Shown: positions 9,596-19,314 of the stretch, piece after piece | How positions within the stretch are numbered: position 1 is the stretch's first letter | How the letters are laid out: the number at the start of each line of letters is the position of its first letter | Assembly (NCBI GenBank): GCA_965204725.1 | Contig: OZ242005.1 | Coordinates: 224,001-288,000, forward strand | Length of the DNA stretch: 64,000 nt | Source: Candidatus Latescibacterota bacterium | GTDB lineage: Bacteria > Latescibacterota > UBA2968 > UBA8231 | Direction of reading: 5' to 3' | Made by a program: the position numbers and the translations under genes | The notes under the pieces: model-generated | Database searches by the model: none | The model's input: the letters and a program-made list of their open reading frames with translations, nothing else | Told to the model about the DNA's origin: nothing

Positions 9596-11224
9596 TCAGC
9601 GTCCCTCCACTATCTCCACATAGCGGCCGGTCGGTAGGCTCGGCAAAACCTGCCGTCGGCCCGAAGGCCAGCGGATTTCCACCTGCTCCACCTCGGCTGT
9701 CGGCCCCAAGCCAAACAACAAGCGCGGGTCGTTTTGGGCTTGGAAGCTGTACCCGCGATGAACCTCTCGCACTTGCTCCATGCCGCCCGCTCGCACGCGC
9801 ACCACAGCGCCAATGGCTAGCCGCCCTTCAGTGCCCACCAGCCGCAGCCCTAGCCAGCGGTTGTTCGCCGCGCTGTCGTTGCGCAGCAGGGTCGGCGCGT
9901 CGTTCAAGTTCATAATGAAAATATCGACATCGCCGTCGTTGTCGTAATCGCCCACGGCAGCAGCGCGGCTCACTTTCTGCTCCGTCCACCCAGCTCCGCT
10001 CTGCTCGCCCACCTCGCCAAACTGCCCGCCCTCGTTGCGGTAGAGCAAATTGCGCTGGGCGTAGCGCAAATCGGCGTAGTGCTGGTCCAACTGCGGATAG
10101 ACATGTCCATTGGCGACGAATAAGTCGAGCCAGCCATCGCGGTCAAAATCGACAAAGGCCGTGCCCCAGCCCAAATAGGGAGCCTCAATCTGGCCCAAGC
10201 CGACCTCGCGGGTGCAATCCCGGAATCTCCACGTCCCCTCGTTGCAGTACAGGGTATTGAACTCTTCGGAAAAGTGCGTCGCAAACAGATCGAGATCGCC
10301 GTCGTTGTCAAAGTCGCCAGCGTGTAACCCCATGCTAGCTTGCGGCAAACCATCGCCGCTGTACGCAGCGCCGGCCTCGACGGCCACCTCGGCCAGACGC
10401 CAAGCGCCATCGTTGCGCCAGAGCAGGTTGGGTTCGGTGTCGTTGGCCACGTACAGGTCGAGATCGCCATCGCGGTCCAAGTCGTTGAAGACGACCCCCA
10501 TCGCCGGATAGCGCCGAGCGCCGACTCCGGTCGAATCGCTCATATCCTGAAACGTTCCGTCGCCTCGGTTGCGGTAAATTCGGTCCGCCGACCGGCCGGC
10601 GTATTCAGGCCCGCAGTACACGTACAGCCCTTTGTAGTGGCATTTAGACCCGCCCGCGGGCGGATTATTCAAGTCGAATTCGAGGTAGTTGGCCACGTAC
10701 AGATCGAGCCACCCATCGCCGTCAACGTCCCCGAAGGCGGCACTGGAGCCCCAGAGCTCGTCATCTACTCCGGCGGCATGGGCAACTTGGGCAAAGCGGC
10801 CCGCCCCGTCGTTGCGCCAGAGTTGGTTGGGGCCCCAATACGTGACGTATAGATCGACGTCGCCATCGTTGTCGTAGTCCCCGGCAGCGCATCCCATGCC
10901 CCAGCCGCCCACGCCGAAATCGGCTTCCACTTCGCGGAACATTCGCGCCCCGCCCGCACCCGGCTCGTTGTGGAAAAGCCGGTTGCGGGCGCCCTCGGGT
11001 TGGTATTCTAACCGCGTCCCGTTGACGACGAAAATATCTTGAAAGCCATCGTTGTCGTAGTCGAGGAAAGCCGCCCCGGTGGACATGGACTCGAGGACGT
11101 AATTCTGTGCTGGGCTACCGGAAACATTTGTGAAGTCTAGCCCGGCGGCCCGGCCGACATCGACGAAGTAAAAGGGGGGGGATTCCCGCCCGGATTGCGC
11201 TTGGCAGCCCAGTAGAAGGACCAC
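9596..11224 (-). CDS. CRTAC1-family FG-GAP/VCBS repeat protein with ASPIC/UnbV C-terminal domain
   Basis: Repeated GDYDNDGDxDLYV motifs; C-terminal LFGLG..VEIRWPSG. Start uncertain: the track's 11554 overlaps the kelch gene, so the in-frame GTG at 11224 is used. Confidence 0.85.
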   Translation of the reverse strand: MVLLLGCQAQSGRESPPFYFVDVGRAAGLDFTNVSGSPAQNYVLESMSTGAAFLDYDNDGFQDIFVVNGTRLEYQPEGARNRLFHNEPGAGGARMFREVEADFGVGGWGMGCAAGDYDNDGDVDLYVTYWGPNQLWRNDGAGRFAQVAHAAGVDDELWGSSAAFGDVDGDGWLDLYVANYLEFDLNNPPAGGSKCHYKGLYVYCGPEYAGRSADRIYRNRGDGTFQDMSDSTGVGARRYPAMGVVFNDLDRDGDLDLYVANDTEPNLLWRNDGAWRLAEVAVEAGAAYSGDGLPQASMGLHAGDFDNDGDLDLFATHFSEEFNTLYCNEGTWRFRDCTREVGLGQIEAPYLGWGTAFVDFDRDGWLDLFVANGHVYPQLDQHYADLRYAQRNLLYRNEGGQFGEVGEQSGAGWTEQKVSRAAAVGDYDNDGDVDIFIMNLNDAPTLLRNDSAANNRWLGLRLVGTEGRLAIGAVVRVRAGGMEQVREVHRGYSFQAQNDPRLLFGLGPTAEVEQVEIRWPSGRRQVLPSLPTGRYVEIVEGR

Positions 11225-11259
11225 CAGTACCTCGGCAACCCCTTTGGACCAGCGCCGAC

Positions 11260-12186
11260 TTAGGGGACGTACTCGTGTAGATCCGCGATCCAGTTGTATC
11301 CCTCGCGATCCTCCCACTTGTGGGCCCCACCCATGACGAAAATTCGCTCGCCGACGTTTGCAGTGGCCATCCAAGCTTTTTTTGTCGGCATGGGGGTCTC
11401 GCTCGACCAAGTGCCGGCGTCGATATCGTACACTTCGACCGCTGTGTGATAGGGTGCGGACCCGCCCCAGCCGCCAAAAACATAGATCGCCCGCCCCACA
11501 GCCACACAGCCCGGATCGCAGCGCGGCGTGGGAATGGGCGGCAGCGGCGACCAATGGTTGGTCTCTGGGTCAAAGACATGAAAGTCGGGCCGGGGGCCAT
11601 CCTCGCCTATTCCAGTGGCGACGTAGATTTTGTCTTGTACGACAGCGACACCAGGCCCTTGGACTGCTTTGGGCAGGGGCACCCCCAAGGTCCAGCGGGC
11701 CGTGGCCGGGTCAAATACCTCGACGCGGTCCAAGTGCCGCTGGCCGATTTCGGGCTCGGCGTTCATGCTGTTGCCGCCGACCGCGTAAATCTTCCCCTTG
11801 CAGGCAACGGCCACCAGACCGGCCCGGGGCTTGCTCAAGGGGGTAGTGGCCGACCAAGTCTGCGTTTTTAGATCCAAAACCTCGACGCTGTCGCGGATTT
11901 CAAAGTGGTAGGGGTCGCCGGTTTGCTGCTTTTCCTCGTCCGAGCGCACCCGCTTGCCACCGCAGACGTACACCTCGTCGCCTATTCGCGCTGCGCCGAA
12001 CCACCCGCGCTGCGTGGGAATGGGCGGTCCCGGCCGCCAAGTGTCGCTGGCCACGTCGTAGATCTCAACCGCGTGGACCGTATAGTCTCCGGCGCCGGAA
12101 ATGGCATAGATCTCGCCGGCTACCGCAATGGCCTGTAGGTCGTGCCGATTGGTCGGCATCGGTGCTTTTTCGAGCCATACTCCCAT
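11260..12186 (-). CDS. Kelch-repeat beta-propeller protein
   Basis: Six kelch-like repeats (IYxxGG..VEVYD...W...PMP); RBS GAGGAA. Confidence 0.9.
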   Translation of the reverse strand: MGVWLEKAPMPTNRHDLQAIAVAGEIYAISGAGDYTVHAVEIYDVASDTWRPGPPIPTQRGWFGAARIGDEVYVCGGKRVRSDEEKQQTGDPYHFEIRDSVEVLDLKTQTWSATTPLSKPRAGLVAVACKGKIYAVGGNSMNAEPEIGQRHLDRVEVFDPATARWTLGVPLPKAVQGPGVAVVQDKIYVATGIGEDGPRPDFHVFDPETNHWSPLPPIPTPRCDPGCVAVGRAIYVFGGWGGSAPYHTAVEVYDIDAGTWSSETPMPTKKAWMATANVGERIFVMGGAHKWEDREGYNWIADLHEYVP

Positions 12187-12277
12187 CTGTTCCTCCTGAG
12201 GTATTCGTTGCCGTTAGACGGATGCCGAAAAAGATAAGGCGCGCAACGACTCGCTCCAACCGCCGCACCCCGCGCAG

Positions 12278-12306
12278 TTGTCGCGCCGCCCGAGCCGCTT
12301 TATAAT
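12278..12306 (+). promoter_or_regulatory. sigma70-type promoter for 12342..14180
   Basis: TTGTCG-N17-TATAAT, 35 nt upstream of the ATG. Confidence 0.65.
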
Positions 12307-12341
12307 GGGGTCCTATCCAACCTCCAACGGGGTGAAGCAAC

Positions 12342-14180
12342 ATGAGAGCGTCCGTTTTTGCGGTCTGGGCCGCTATTGTCCTGTGGCCGTGCGACCACTG
12401 GGGCTTGACCCTGTACCGGATTGGCGGTCCGCCGCCCGTACCGCTAAAGGGCGTGGACATCGTCCATATAGCTTGGGAAGAAGCCTTGGCGGGTTTTGAC
12501 GGGCGGGCCGAGGGCCTGCTGTTTGAGGGCGGCGCGGCAACCCCCATTCTGGTCGCGGCGGACGATAATTTGGCACGTACCGCCAAAGGCCGCGGCGGCG
12601 GTCCCAAGAGTGCCCGCTTTGGCGTGGGCGGCTTTCTCGAAACGGAGAACGAAGCAAGCGCGACCATCGCCGACGGCGATTCAACGACCGTGTTCAAGAA
12701 TACCGATTCGGAGCACGTCGGTGCGCGTGTCGTCCTCATTCTCGACTTGGGCGGGCGTTTTCCGCTCCACCGCGTGCGGTTCTACCCCTCGCCTCAATTT
12801 CCCCGGCGCTTTATCGAACAATTCATCCTCACGGCCTACGACGACGGCCGCGACGAGGTCATCGCGTCAACAACCGACAATCGCTCCAGCATCGTCGATC
12901 TCCTCTTTCCGCCCCAAGCCGCCGACCGGTTGGTGCTGAGCATGGCTTTCCGCCAACGCGATTGGGAAGTCGCCGAGTTTGAAGCATACGGAGAGGGCTA
13001 CGTCTTGGAGGCTTTCTACCAAACTCAGGTCTTCGACTTGGGCGGCCCGGCCACGGTGGGCGACCTGCGCTGGTCTGGCTTTAAGGAGCGGGACGCGCGC
13101 GTCAAAATCCGTACGCGCAATGGCACCGCAGCAGACCCCAATCGCTACTGGCGCTTTACGGGCCGCGGCGACGAGCAAACCTTTCGCGACGAGGCTGGCC
13201 AGCCCCTCACGCGCACGGCCTACGCCAACCTCAAGGGCAATAAAGCCGGCATTACCACGGACTTGGACCATTGGACTCCTTGGTCCGGGACCTACGATTT
13301 TGCCGACAGCACGGGTACGCCAATTATCGCGCCGACCGCCCGGCAGTACCTGCAATTCCAAGCCCTGCTCTTGCCAAAGGGCCGGCAAGGAGCCGGGCTC
13401 CACTTCGTCGAGTTCACCGCCTCGCATCCCCCTATAACCGACCAAGTGGTCGCCGAGATCTGGCCGGTGGAAGCCGAGCCGGGCCAAGTGACGCCGTTTA
13501 TCTATGCCTTCAAATCGATCCTATCGCCGGACAACAGCGGTTTTGACCAGTTAGTGCTACAGACCTCGGGCCGATTTGTCGGCATTGATTCCGTCCGCGT
13601 CAACGGGGATGGGGTGGCTTGGGCCGCCGACCTAGCACCCCAGCACTTGGTGCTGTCGCTGCCGCGCATGGACGCCACCGACAGTCAGAAGTTGGTCGAG
13701 CTATTCTTCCGCGCCCAAGTCTTTCACTTTGGCACGGCCTTTGCGGGGCGGGTGTTCGACTCCCAACGCCCCCTTGAAGTGGGCCAGCAGGTACAGGGCG
13801 GCGACGCCACTTTCGCGCTAGACAGCAACCAAGTGTGGGCTAGTATATACCTGCGCGGCCGCCTCGTGCGCGAGGTGCGGGCGCAGCCCCCCGTGGTCAC
13901 GCCCAACGGGGATGGGATCAACGACGCGGCCGGCGTCGAGTACTCGCTGCTGGAATTGGTGGAAACCGGTCGAGTGGCGGTGGACGTATTCGACCTCGCC
14001 GGCCGTCTAGTCCGGCCGCTCTATCGGGGCCAGCAGCGCAGCGGGCGTCATCGACACTGGTGGGACGGTCGCCGCGCCGACGGCAGCCCTGTGGCCCCGG
14101 GGACGTATCTGTATCAGGTGCGGGTGGATACAGACGAGGAGCGGGAAGAACACACCGGCGCGATCGGGGTGGCGTATTGA
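12342..14180 (+). CDS. Secreted discoidin-like protein with FlgD-Ig/T9SS-like C-terminal domain (612 aa)
   Basis: Signal peptide; LDLGGRFPLHRVRFYP; VTPNGDGIND..WDGR..PGTY..IGVAY. Confidence 0.85.
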   Translation: MRASVFAVWAAIVLWPCDHWGLTLYRIGGPPPVPLKGVDIVHIAWEEALAGFDGRAEGLLFEGGAATPILVAADDNLARTAKGRGGGPKSARFGVGGFLETENEASATIADGDSTTVFKNTDSEHVGARVVLILDLGGRFPLHRVRFYPSPQFPRRFIEQFILTAYDDGRDEVIASTTDNRSSIVDLLFPPQAADRLVLSMAFRQRDWEVAEFEAYGEGYVLEAFYQTQVFDLGGPATVGDLRWSGFKERDARVKIRTRNGTAADPNRYWRFTGRGDEQTFRDEAGQPLTRTAYANLKGNKAGITTDLDHWTPWSGTYDFADSTGTPIIAPTARQYLQFQALLLPKGRQGAGLHFVEFTASHPPITDQVVAEIWPVEAEPGQVTPFIYAFKSILSPDNSGFDQLVLQTSGRFVGIDSVRVNGDGVAWAADLAPQHLVLSLPRMDATDSQKLVELFFRAQVFHFGTAFAGRVFDSQRPLEVGQQVQGGDATFALDSNQVWASIYLRGRLVREVRAQPPVVTPNGDGINDAAGVEYSLLELVETGRVAVDVFDLAGRLVRPLYRGQQRSGRHRHWWDGRRADGSPVAPGTYLYQVRVDTDEEREEHTGAIGVAY

Positions 14181-14209
14181 CGGGCGGGTCGCTTGGCACT
14201 CACCAGCAC

Positions 14210-16243
14210 TCACCATATCAATACGAAGTTGCCCTGCTTCCCGGTGAAAAAATCAATCACCAGCCAAGTACCGGCCACGACGAAGGCCCCCAAAATCATG
14301 CCGACGAAAAAATACCGCGTCTGACGGTACAAAACGCCCCCGCCGTACTTGAGCACCACGCCTTTTATGGCCCAAGCCAGAAAGACGTTGAACCACATCA
14401 CCCCCGAGGTGAAGACCGTGCCGGTCATGGCCAAACCCAGCGGATGAATGGGCCACCAAAGGACCCGCTGATGCACCCCAATTAGCAGCCACATCAGCCC
14501 AGCACCCAAGCCCGTAAACAGCCAACCGCCTAGGTCGGTCGTCGAGGGACTGCGCATCATCATCGAGATATAGGAGAGGGGAACCGAGGAAGAGGTGAGC
14601 CAGAACCAGCTGTTGAGATTGATGCCGCCGTGCCGATAGGACAGGTATAGCACAATCCAGAACGCTCCCCCCAAAGTGACCACCAAGGCCAGCACCATAC
14701 CCCAGAAAAAGGCTCGTTTTCTCCCCCGCACCACCTCGTGGATCATCTTCAGGCTATTGGCGCAGGCCGCCATGGGGAAGGTGACAATATCCGCAGTCCA
14801 CGGATAGGTGTAGGCCAAGCCGGTCAAGCCCTTCGGCCCGAGGAAGGAGGAGCCCATGCTGGCCATGACAAAATCGGGCGCGATGAGCGGCGCCCGCACC
14901 AGCGCCACCCCGGCCTCGACGACAATGCGCGACAAGGCAATGAAAATCAGCATCGCCACCGCGACTAAGAGCAATACCGCGGCTAAGGGGATACCCGTGG
15001 CTTCGAGCCACACGACCATGATGACTAACCCTACCAGCACCGTCCACAGAGCCGCCCGGTACGACATGATCTCGTCGTCATCGCCGCCACCGCGACTCCA
15101 AGTTCGGCGCACCACGGCCAGCAAGTGAAAGCGCGCCTTCCACAGCGTATATAGAGCGAATACCAGCATGGCCCCCAACGCCTGATGAGTCAGATAGGGG
15201 GAACTCGGATTGCTAAACCAGCCCAGCTTTTCCGTGCTGTGGACGCCGAGAATGTTGAAACAGCCCTGCTCCACTAGAGCCAGCAAATAGAAAAACCAGA
15301 TCCCCAAGGCTAGGTTGCGGTTGATGAAATAGGAAAAACCCACTAGCGAAAAGGAAAACTCAAAGGGCAGATGGATGGAATCGCGGAACAAGTACATACT
15401 GGAGCGAAAGTACAGCGCCGGCCATTGCGGATAGTAATTGTGCAGGGCATTGCAGCAGCCCACGAGGACGGGCAGGGCAAAGCCGATCCACATCTGCGGC
15501 TGGCGGAAGACCGCGCTGACCAAGGCCGTCCCCTCGCGTCCGTTGATCATCTCAATGGGGACCTGCATCATCGGATAGAGCAGGCGTTCCCCTTCCATCC
15601 ACGGCCGGCGCAAAAGCACCATCAGGCCGATTGATACTAGATAGAGGGCGATGAGGAAAACAGACCAATAGCCCAAGGCCTCCAACCAGCCGGCCCAAGG
15701 CACGGGCGTCCCTTGGGGCAGGCCCTCGTAGAAACCTTGGATCAACTGCTCATCGCTGGGGGCGACCCAAGCGGGCACATAGGGCTGGATCAACTCATCC
15801 CAATTGTTTTCCGGGGTGGCGTAATAGAAAACCCCCGTGATCATGGGCAGCAAGTGCTCGACCAGACCAAAGGTGGGAATCGAGGCCGACACCATCATCA
15901 TGGCGTAGATCAGCACCAATTCTTCCGGCCTGAGTGCCAAATTGCGGGCCAAGGTTCCCACCAAGATGTTGCCCAACACTAGATAGAAGAACAGAAAGAG
16001 AGCGACGGGATTGCTGAAGCACCAAGCCATGAAGGTGCCTTGGATGATGGCGTTGGCGTAGATGGTGCCGACGCCAATGAGCAGGCACAACAGGGCACCC
16101 AACACAAAGGCCCGGGCGGAAAGGGGCTGGCTCGTCCCGGCCGGAGTCGCCTCGGAGTGGGCTTGGCTGATAAAGGTCGCGGCCATTCGCTCCCACCTCG
16201 CCCGTCGAGCACCCGACTCGCTATGGGGTTCTACAGGCGTCAC
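14210..16243 (-). CDS. Polytopic membrane protein, DUF6785/DUF6784 (OPT-like putative transporter)
   Basis: Many transmembrane segments; LRRPWMEGERLLYP and WWPIHPLG motifs typical of this family. Confidence 0.7.
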   Translation of the reverse strand: MTPVEPHSESGARRARWERMAATFISQAHSEATPAGTSQPLSARAFVLGALLCLLIGVGTIYANAIIQGTFMAWCFSNPVALFLFFYLVLGNILVGTLARNLALRPEELVLIYAMMMVSASIPTFGLVEHLLPMITGVFYYATPENNWDELIQPYVPAWVAPSDEQLIQGFYEGLPQGTPVPWAGWLEALGYWSVFLIALYLVSIGLMVLLRRPWMEGERLLYPMMQVPIEMINGREGTALVSAVFRQPQMWIGFALPVLVGCCNALHNYYPQWPALYFRSSMYLFRDSIHLPFEFSFSLVGFSYFINRNLALGIWFFYLLALVEQGCFNILGVHSTEKLGWFSNPSSPYLTHQALGAMLVFALYTLWKARFHLLAVVRRTWSRGGGDDDEIMSYRAALWTVLVGLVIMVVWLEATGIPLAAVLLLVAVAMLIFIALSRIVVEAGVALVRAPLIAPDFVMASMGSSFLGPKGLTGLAYTYPWTADIVTFPMAACANSLKMIHEVVRGRKRAFFWGMVLALVVTLGGAFWIVLYLSYRHGGINLNSWFWLTSSSVPLSYISMMMRSPSTTDLGGWLFTGLGAGLMWLLIGVHQRVLWWPIHPLGLAMTGTVFTSGVMWFNVFLAWAIKGVVLKYGGGVLYRQTRYFFVGMILGAFVVAGTWLVIDFFTGKQGNFVLIW

Positions 16244-16392
16244 AAATTCTGAACCTCTGAACCCGTGCTAGCAGAAAGCTCGGTGCGCTTCCACCAGCTT
16301 GGTCGCATAGAACTTCGCGGCTACGGCGGCTTCAAACCGAGCGATTGTCGCCGCCTATTTGCCACATCCCGCGAGCGTGTCGCACGAATGAT

Positions 16393-16854
16393 TTAGATCA
16401 ACTCGGCGTCGCAGCGGGGACAGCGTTCCCACTCGGGGGATTCCACCGGCTTATCGCAATCCAGGCACACGCCGAGGGGATGCTCGTCCGCCCGGCAGCG
16501 ACGACCGTCTTTGTAGGTAATGCGACGCCAGACCGTTTCGCCATCAATGGCGTAAAAAGTCCACGTGCCTGTTTTGCGCCCATCCGTGCTCTTGCCGCGG
16601 TATTCGTTGAATTGCCCGGTCTGCTTGCGTTTGCCGTTTTCATAATAAGCTACGTGGTCGCCGGTCAGCCGATTTTCTCGGTAGTTATTGATGCTGGCGG
16701 GCTGGCCGTTTCTGTGGTACTCCATCCATTGGCCCGTCTTTTTGCCCAAGTCAAACGCCCCTTCGCGCCGCTTGCCGCCATCGGCGTAGTACAGCACCCA
16801 AGGGCCGTGTTTTTTGCCGTTTTTGTACTCGACGTCTTCGAGATGGCTGGCCAT
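16393..16854 (-). CDS. MORN-variant repeat (YwqK-like) protein with C-terminal zinc ribbon
   Basis: GKKHGPWVLYY, GKKTGQWMEY and GRKTGTWTFY repeats; CLDC..CPRC at the C-terminus; RBS GGAGG. Confidence 0.8.
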   Translation of the reverse strand: MASHLEDVEYKNGKKHGPWVLYYADGGKRREGAFDLGKKTGQWMEYHRNGQPASINNYRENRLTGDHVAYYENGKRKQTGQFNEYRGKSTDGRKTGTWTFYAIDGETVWRRITYKDGRRCRADEHPLGVCLDCDKPVESPEWERCPRCDAELI

Positions 16855-16894
16855 GATTTCCTCCGCGTTAATAGGCCCCTGTGGGGCGAGCCGC

Positions 16895-17791
16895 TCAAAG
16901 GGGATTTATCAGCCCGATGGCATCCAAAACGGCCCCGATTTTCTCGACCTCTTCGTCCGTGGCCGTAACCATGGGCGGGCGCAACCAGCGCGAAGCAATG
17001 TCGTTGAGTTCGAGGGCGGTGCGCCACACCGCTTGGCCGCCGCCGAGCACATCGGTGGCTACTCCCCAAAAGGGGTCCTCCACTTGGGTGATGATGGTCT
17101 GGGCCGCTTTGGCGTCGCCGTCTTGGAAGGCCCGCCAGTAGCTTTGCGCTATGGGGGGAGCAAACGAAGATGGATAGCAAAAGAAGGCGCGGACGCCGCA
17201 GGGCCATTGTGCGAAATTGCGCCATAGGCCCCCGCCGGTCATAAACTTCCACCGGTCGCCATAGCGGTGCATAGTCGCCTTGGCGTATTCGAGTGTGCCG
17301 TCTTCTTTGAAGGTGCAGATGTTGGGTGCGTCGAGGAGCGCGTCGAGGATTGCATAGGGAGGACACCCCACCAACATCAGGGGCATTACTTGGGCTACTT
17401 TGCGGTATTGGATGACCTTGCCTTGCGGTTGGGCTTGCTCCGGTGGCAGCACCATCAGCACGTCGGCACCCCAACTGCGGCAGTACTCGGCGAATTGGAC
17501 CGCTCGGTCGTCTGGCCAGCGCCGAGTCGCCGCCACCGTCAACGCCCGCCCGGCGACCCGGTCGACCAAAAAGCGGGTGAGCTGGGCGACCTCTTCGTCG
17601 CTGAGGAACTCGAACTGGCTGTCCCCATAGGTCAGCAAGCTGACCCTGCTGCCGCTGGCGATGCCGACGTCAATTACGTGGCCGATGCCCTCCCAGTCTA
17701 GCTGGCCGTTGGGCAAAAAGGTGGTGGGAATGGAGTTGACCGGACCCTCGAGCAAATTTTTGATCTCGTCCGGCGTCTTGTCTGATGGCAT
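16895..17791 (-). CDS. DHDPS/NAL-family aldolase (divergent)
   Basis: IPTTF..NGQLDW, GADVLMVLPP and FKED (Schiff-base lysine) motifs; RBS AGGAG. Confidence 0.8.
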   Translation of the reverse strand: MPSDKTPDEIKNLLEGPVNSIPTTFLPNGQLDWEGIGHVIDVGIASGSRVSLLTYGDSQFEFLSDEEVAQLTRFLVDRVAGRALTVAATRRWPDDRAVQFAEYCRSWGADVLMVLPPEQAQPQGKVIQYRKVAQVMPLMLVGCPPYAILDALLDAPNICTFKEDGTLEYAKATMHRYGDRWKFMTGGGLWRNFAQWPCGVRAFFCYPSSFAPPIAQSYWRAFQDGDAKAAQTIITQVEDPFWGVATDVLGGGQAVWRTALELNDIASRWLRPPMVTATDEEVEKIGAVLDAIGLINPL

Positions 17792-17948
17792 GGCGCACTC
17801 CTTTCGCGAATAAAGGTAGCGGAAAAACCCTGTATCCTCCAGCCTAAGACCTCCAAGCCGACATTGCTCAAAGCACCGCGAAATACCAGATTATGCAGTG
17901 CCTTGGGCCGCTCGCCCAATACCACCCAACCGCTGCTGTCAAGTAAAC

Positions 17949-19265
17949 ATGAACGTCCATTCGCTCGAAATACAACCCTTGCAAGAGCCGCTCGATGTCG
18001 TGGTCTCCGTACCCGGCTCTAAAAGCTACACCAACCGGGCATTGCTGGTTGCGGCATTAGCCAACGGGGAATCGCACCTTACGGGTGCGCTCTTTAGCGA
18101 CGATACCGACTACATGGTCCAGGCGTTGCGCAAACTCGGCGTCTCTATAGAGGCCGATCCAAAAGCGGCCCGCTTTGCGGTCACCGGCAACGGCGGACGG
18201 ATTCCCGTCAATGGGGCCGAGCTGTACATTGGCAATTCAGGCACTACTTCGCGGTCGATCACGAGCTATGTCGCGCTCGGCAATGGGACCTTTGTCATCA
18301 ATGGCGACGCGCCCATGCGCCAGAGCCGCCCGATTGCCGACCTACTCGACGCGCTCAGCCAACTCGGGATCGACGCACGTGCGCACCTTGCCAACGGATG
18401 CCTGCCAGTAGAGGTGCGGGCCAAGGGATTCAGAGGCGGAAAAACCCAACTCGACGCCAGCAAGAGCAGCCAGTTCCTCACCTCGCTGCTGCTCGTCGCC
18501 CCCTATGCCGACAACGGCTTGGAAATCGAGATGGTCGGCGAGTTTAAGACCGAATACATCGACATCACTATGGCGGTCATGCAGTCCTTTGGGATCGAGG
18601 TCGAACACGACGATTACCGACGTTTTCGCATCGCCGGCCGTCAATGCTATACGCCTCGCGCCTACGCCATTGAGCCGGACGCTTCCAACGCCTCGTACTT
18701 CTTTGCGGCCGCTGCGCTCAGCGGCGGCCGAGTGCGCGTAGCCGACATTGCCGCCGACTCAGCCCAAGGCGATATCCACTTCGTCGATGTACTAGAGAAC
18801 ATGGGCTGCACGGTCAACCGCTGCGCCCACGGCGTCGAGGTGATCGGGCCGGACCAACTCGGGGGAATAGACGTCGATATGAAGGCTATATCGGATACCT
18901 CGCTTACGCTAGCCGCGATCGCGCCGTTTGCCAAGGCTCCGGTGCGCATCCGCAACATCGAGCACACGCGCTGGCAGGAGACCGACCGGATTGCCGCCAT
19001 GGTCGCCCAGTTGCGTCGGCTCGGCGTGGCGGTAGAAGAGCACAGAGATGGGGTTACTATTGCGCCATCTAAGCCTAAAAGCACCGCCATCGATACCTAT
19101 AAGGATCACCGAGTGGCTATGAGTTTTGCCCTAGTCGGATTGCGAGTGCCCGGAATCCGCATCAATGACCCAGGCTGCGTAGGCAAAACCTTTCCGACCT
19201 ACTTCGATGTATGGGATCAGATAAGAGAAAGAGGAACGGTCAAAACGCAGAAGCCCTACCGGTAA
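17949..19265 (+). CDS. aroA: 3-phosphoshikimate 1-carboxyvinyltransferase (EPSP synthase)
   Basis: VPGSKSYTNR, GNSGT, SSQF, QETDRI, DHRVAM and KTFPTYF motifs; start set at MNVHSL. Confidence 0.97.
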   Translation: MNVHSLEIQPLQEPLDVVVSVPGSKSYTNRALLVAALANGESHLTGALFSDDTDYMVQALRKLGVSIEADPKAARFAVTGNGGRIPVNGAELYIGNSGTTSRSITSYVALGNGTFVINGDAPMRQSRPIADLLDALSQLGIDARAHLANGCLPVEVRAKGFRGGKTQLDASKSSQFLTSLLLVAPYADNGLEIEMVGEFKTEYIDITMAVMQSFGIEVEHDDYRRFRIAGRQCYTPRAYAIEPDASNASYFFAAAALSGGRVRVADIAADSAQGDIHFVDVLENMGCTVNRCAHGVEVIGPDQLGGIDVDMKAISDTSLTLAAIAPFAKAPVRIRNIEHTRWQETDRIAAMVAQLRRLGVAVEEHRDGVTIAPSKPKSTAIDTYKDHRVAMSFALVGLRVPGIRINDPGCVGKTFPTYFDVWDQIRERGTVKTQKPYR

Positions 19266-19296
19266 GTAGTTTACCGATAGGGCTTCTGATCTTTTT
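19248..19296. terminator. Intrinsic terminator between convergent aroA and the DUF4159 gene
   Basis: CAGAAGCCCTACCGGTAA-gtagt-TTACCGATAGGGCTTCTG, 17/18-bp stem followed by ATCTTTTT; CAAAA on the other side suggests it is bidirectional. Confidence 0.85.
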
Positions 19297-19314
19297 GCCG
19301 CTTAAAGAGGAGGG

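Noticed and set aside
16393-16854. Toxin-antitoxin module
   Set aside because: Only YwqK-like repeats are present; there is no neighbouring toxin or deaminase gene.
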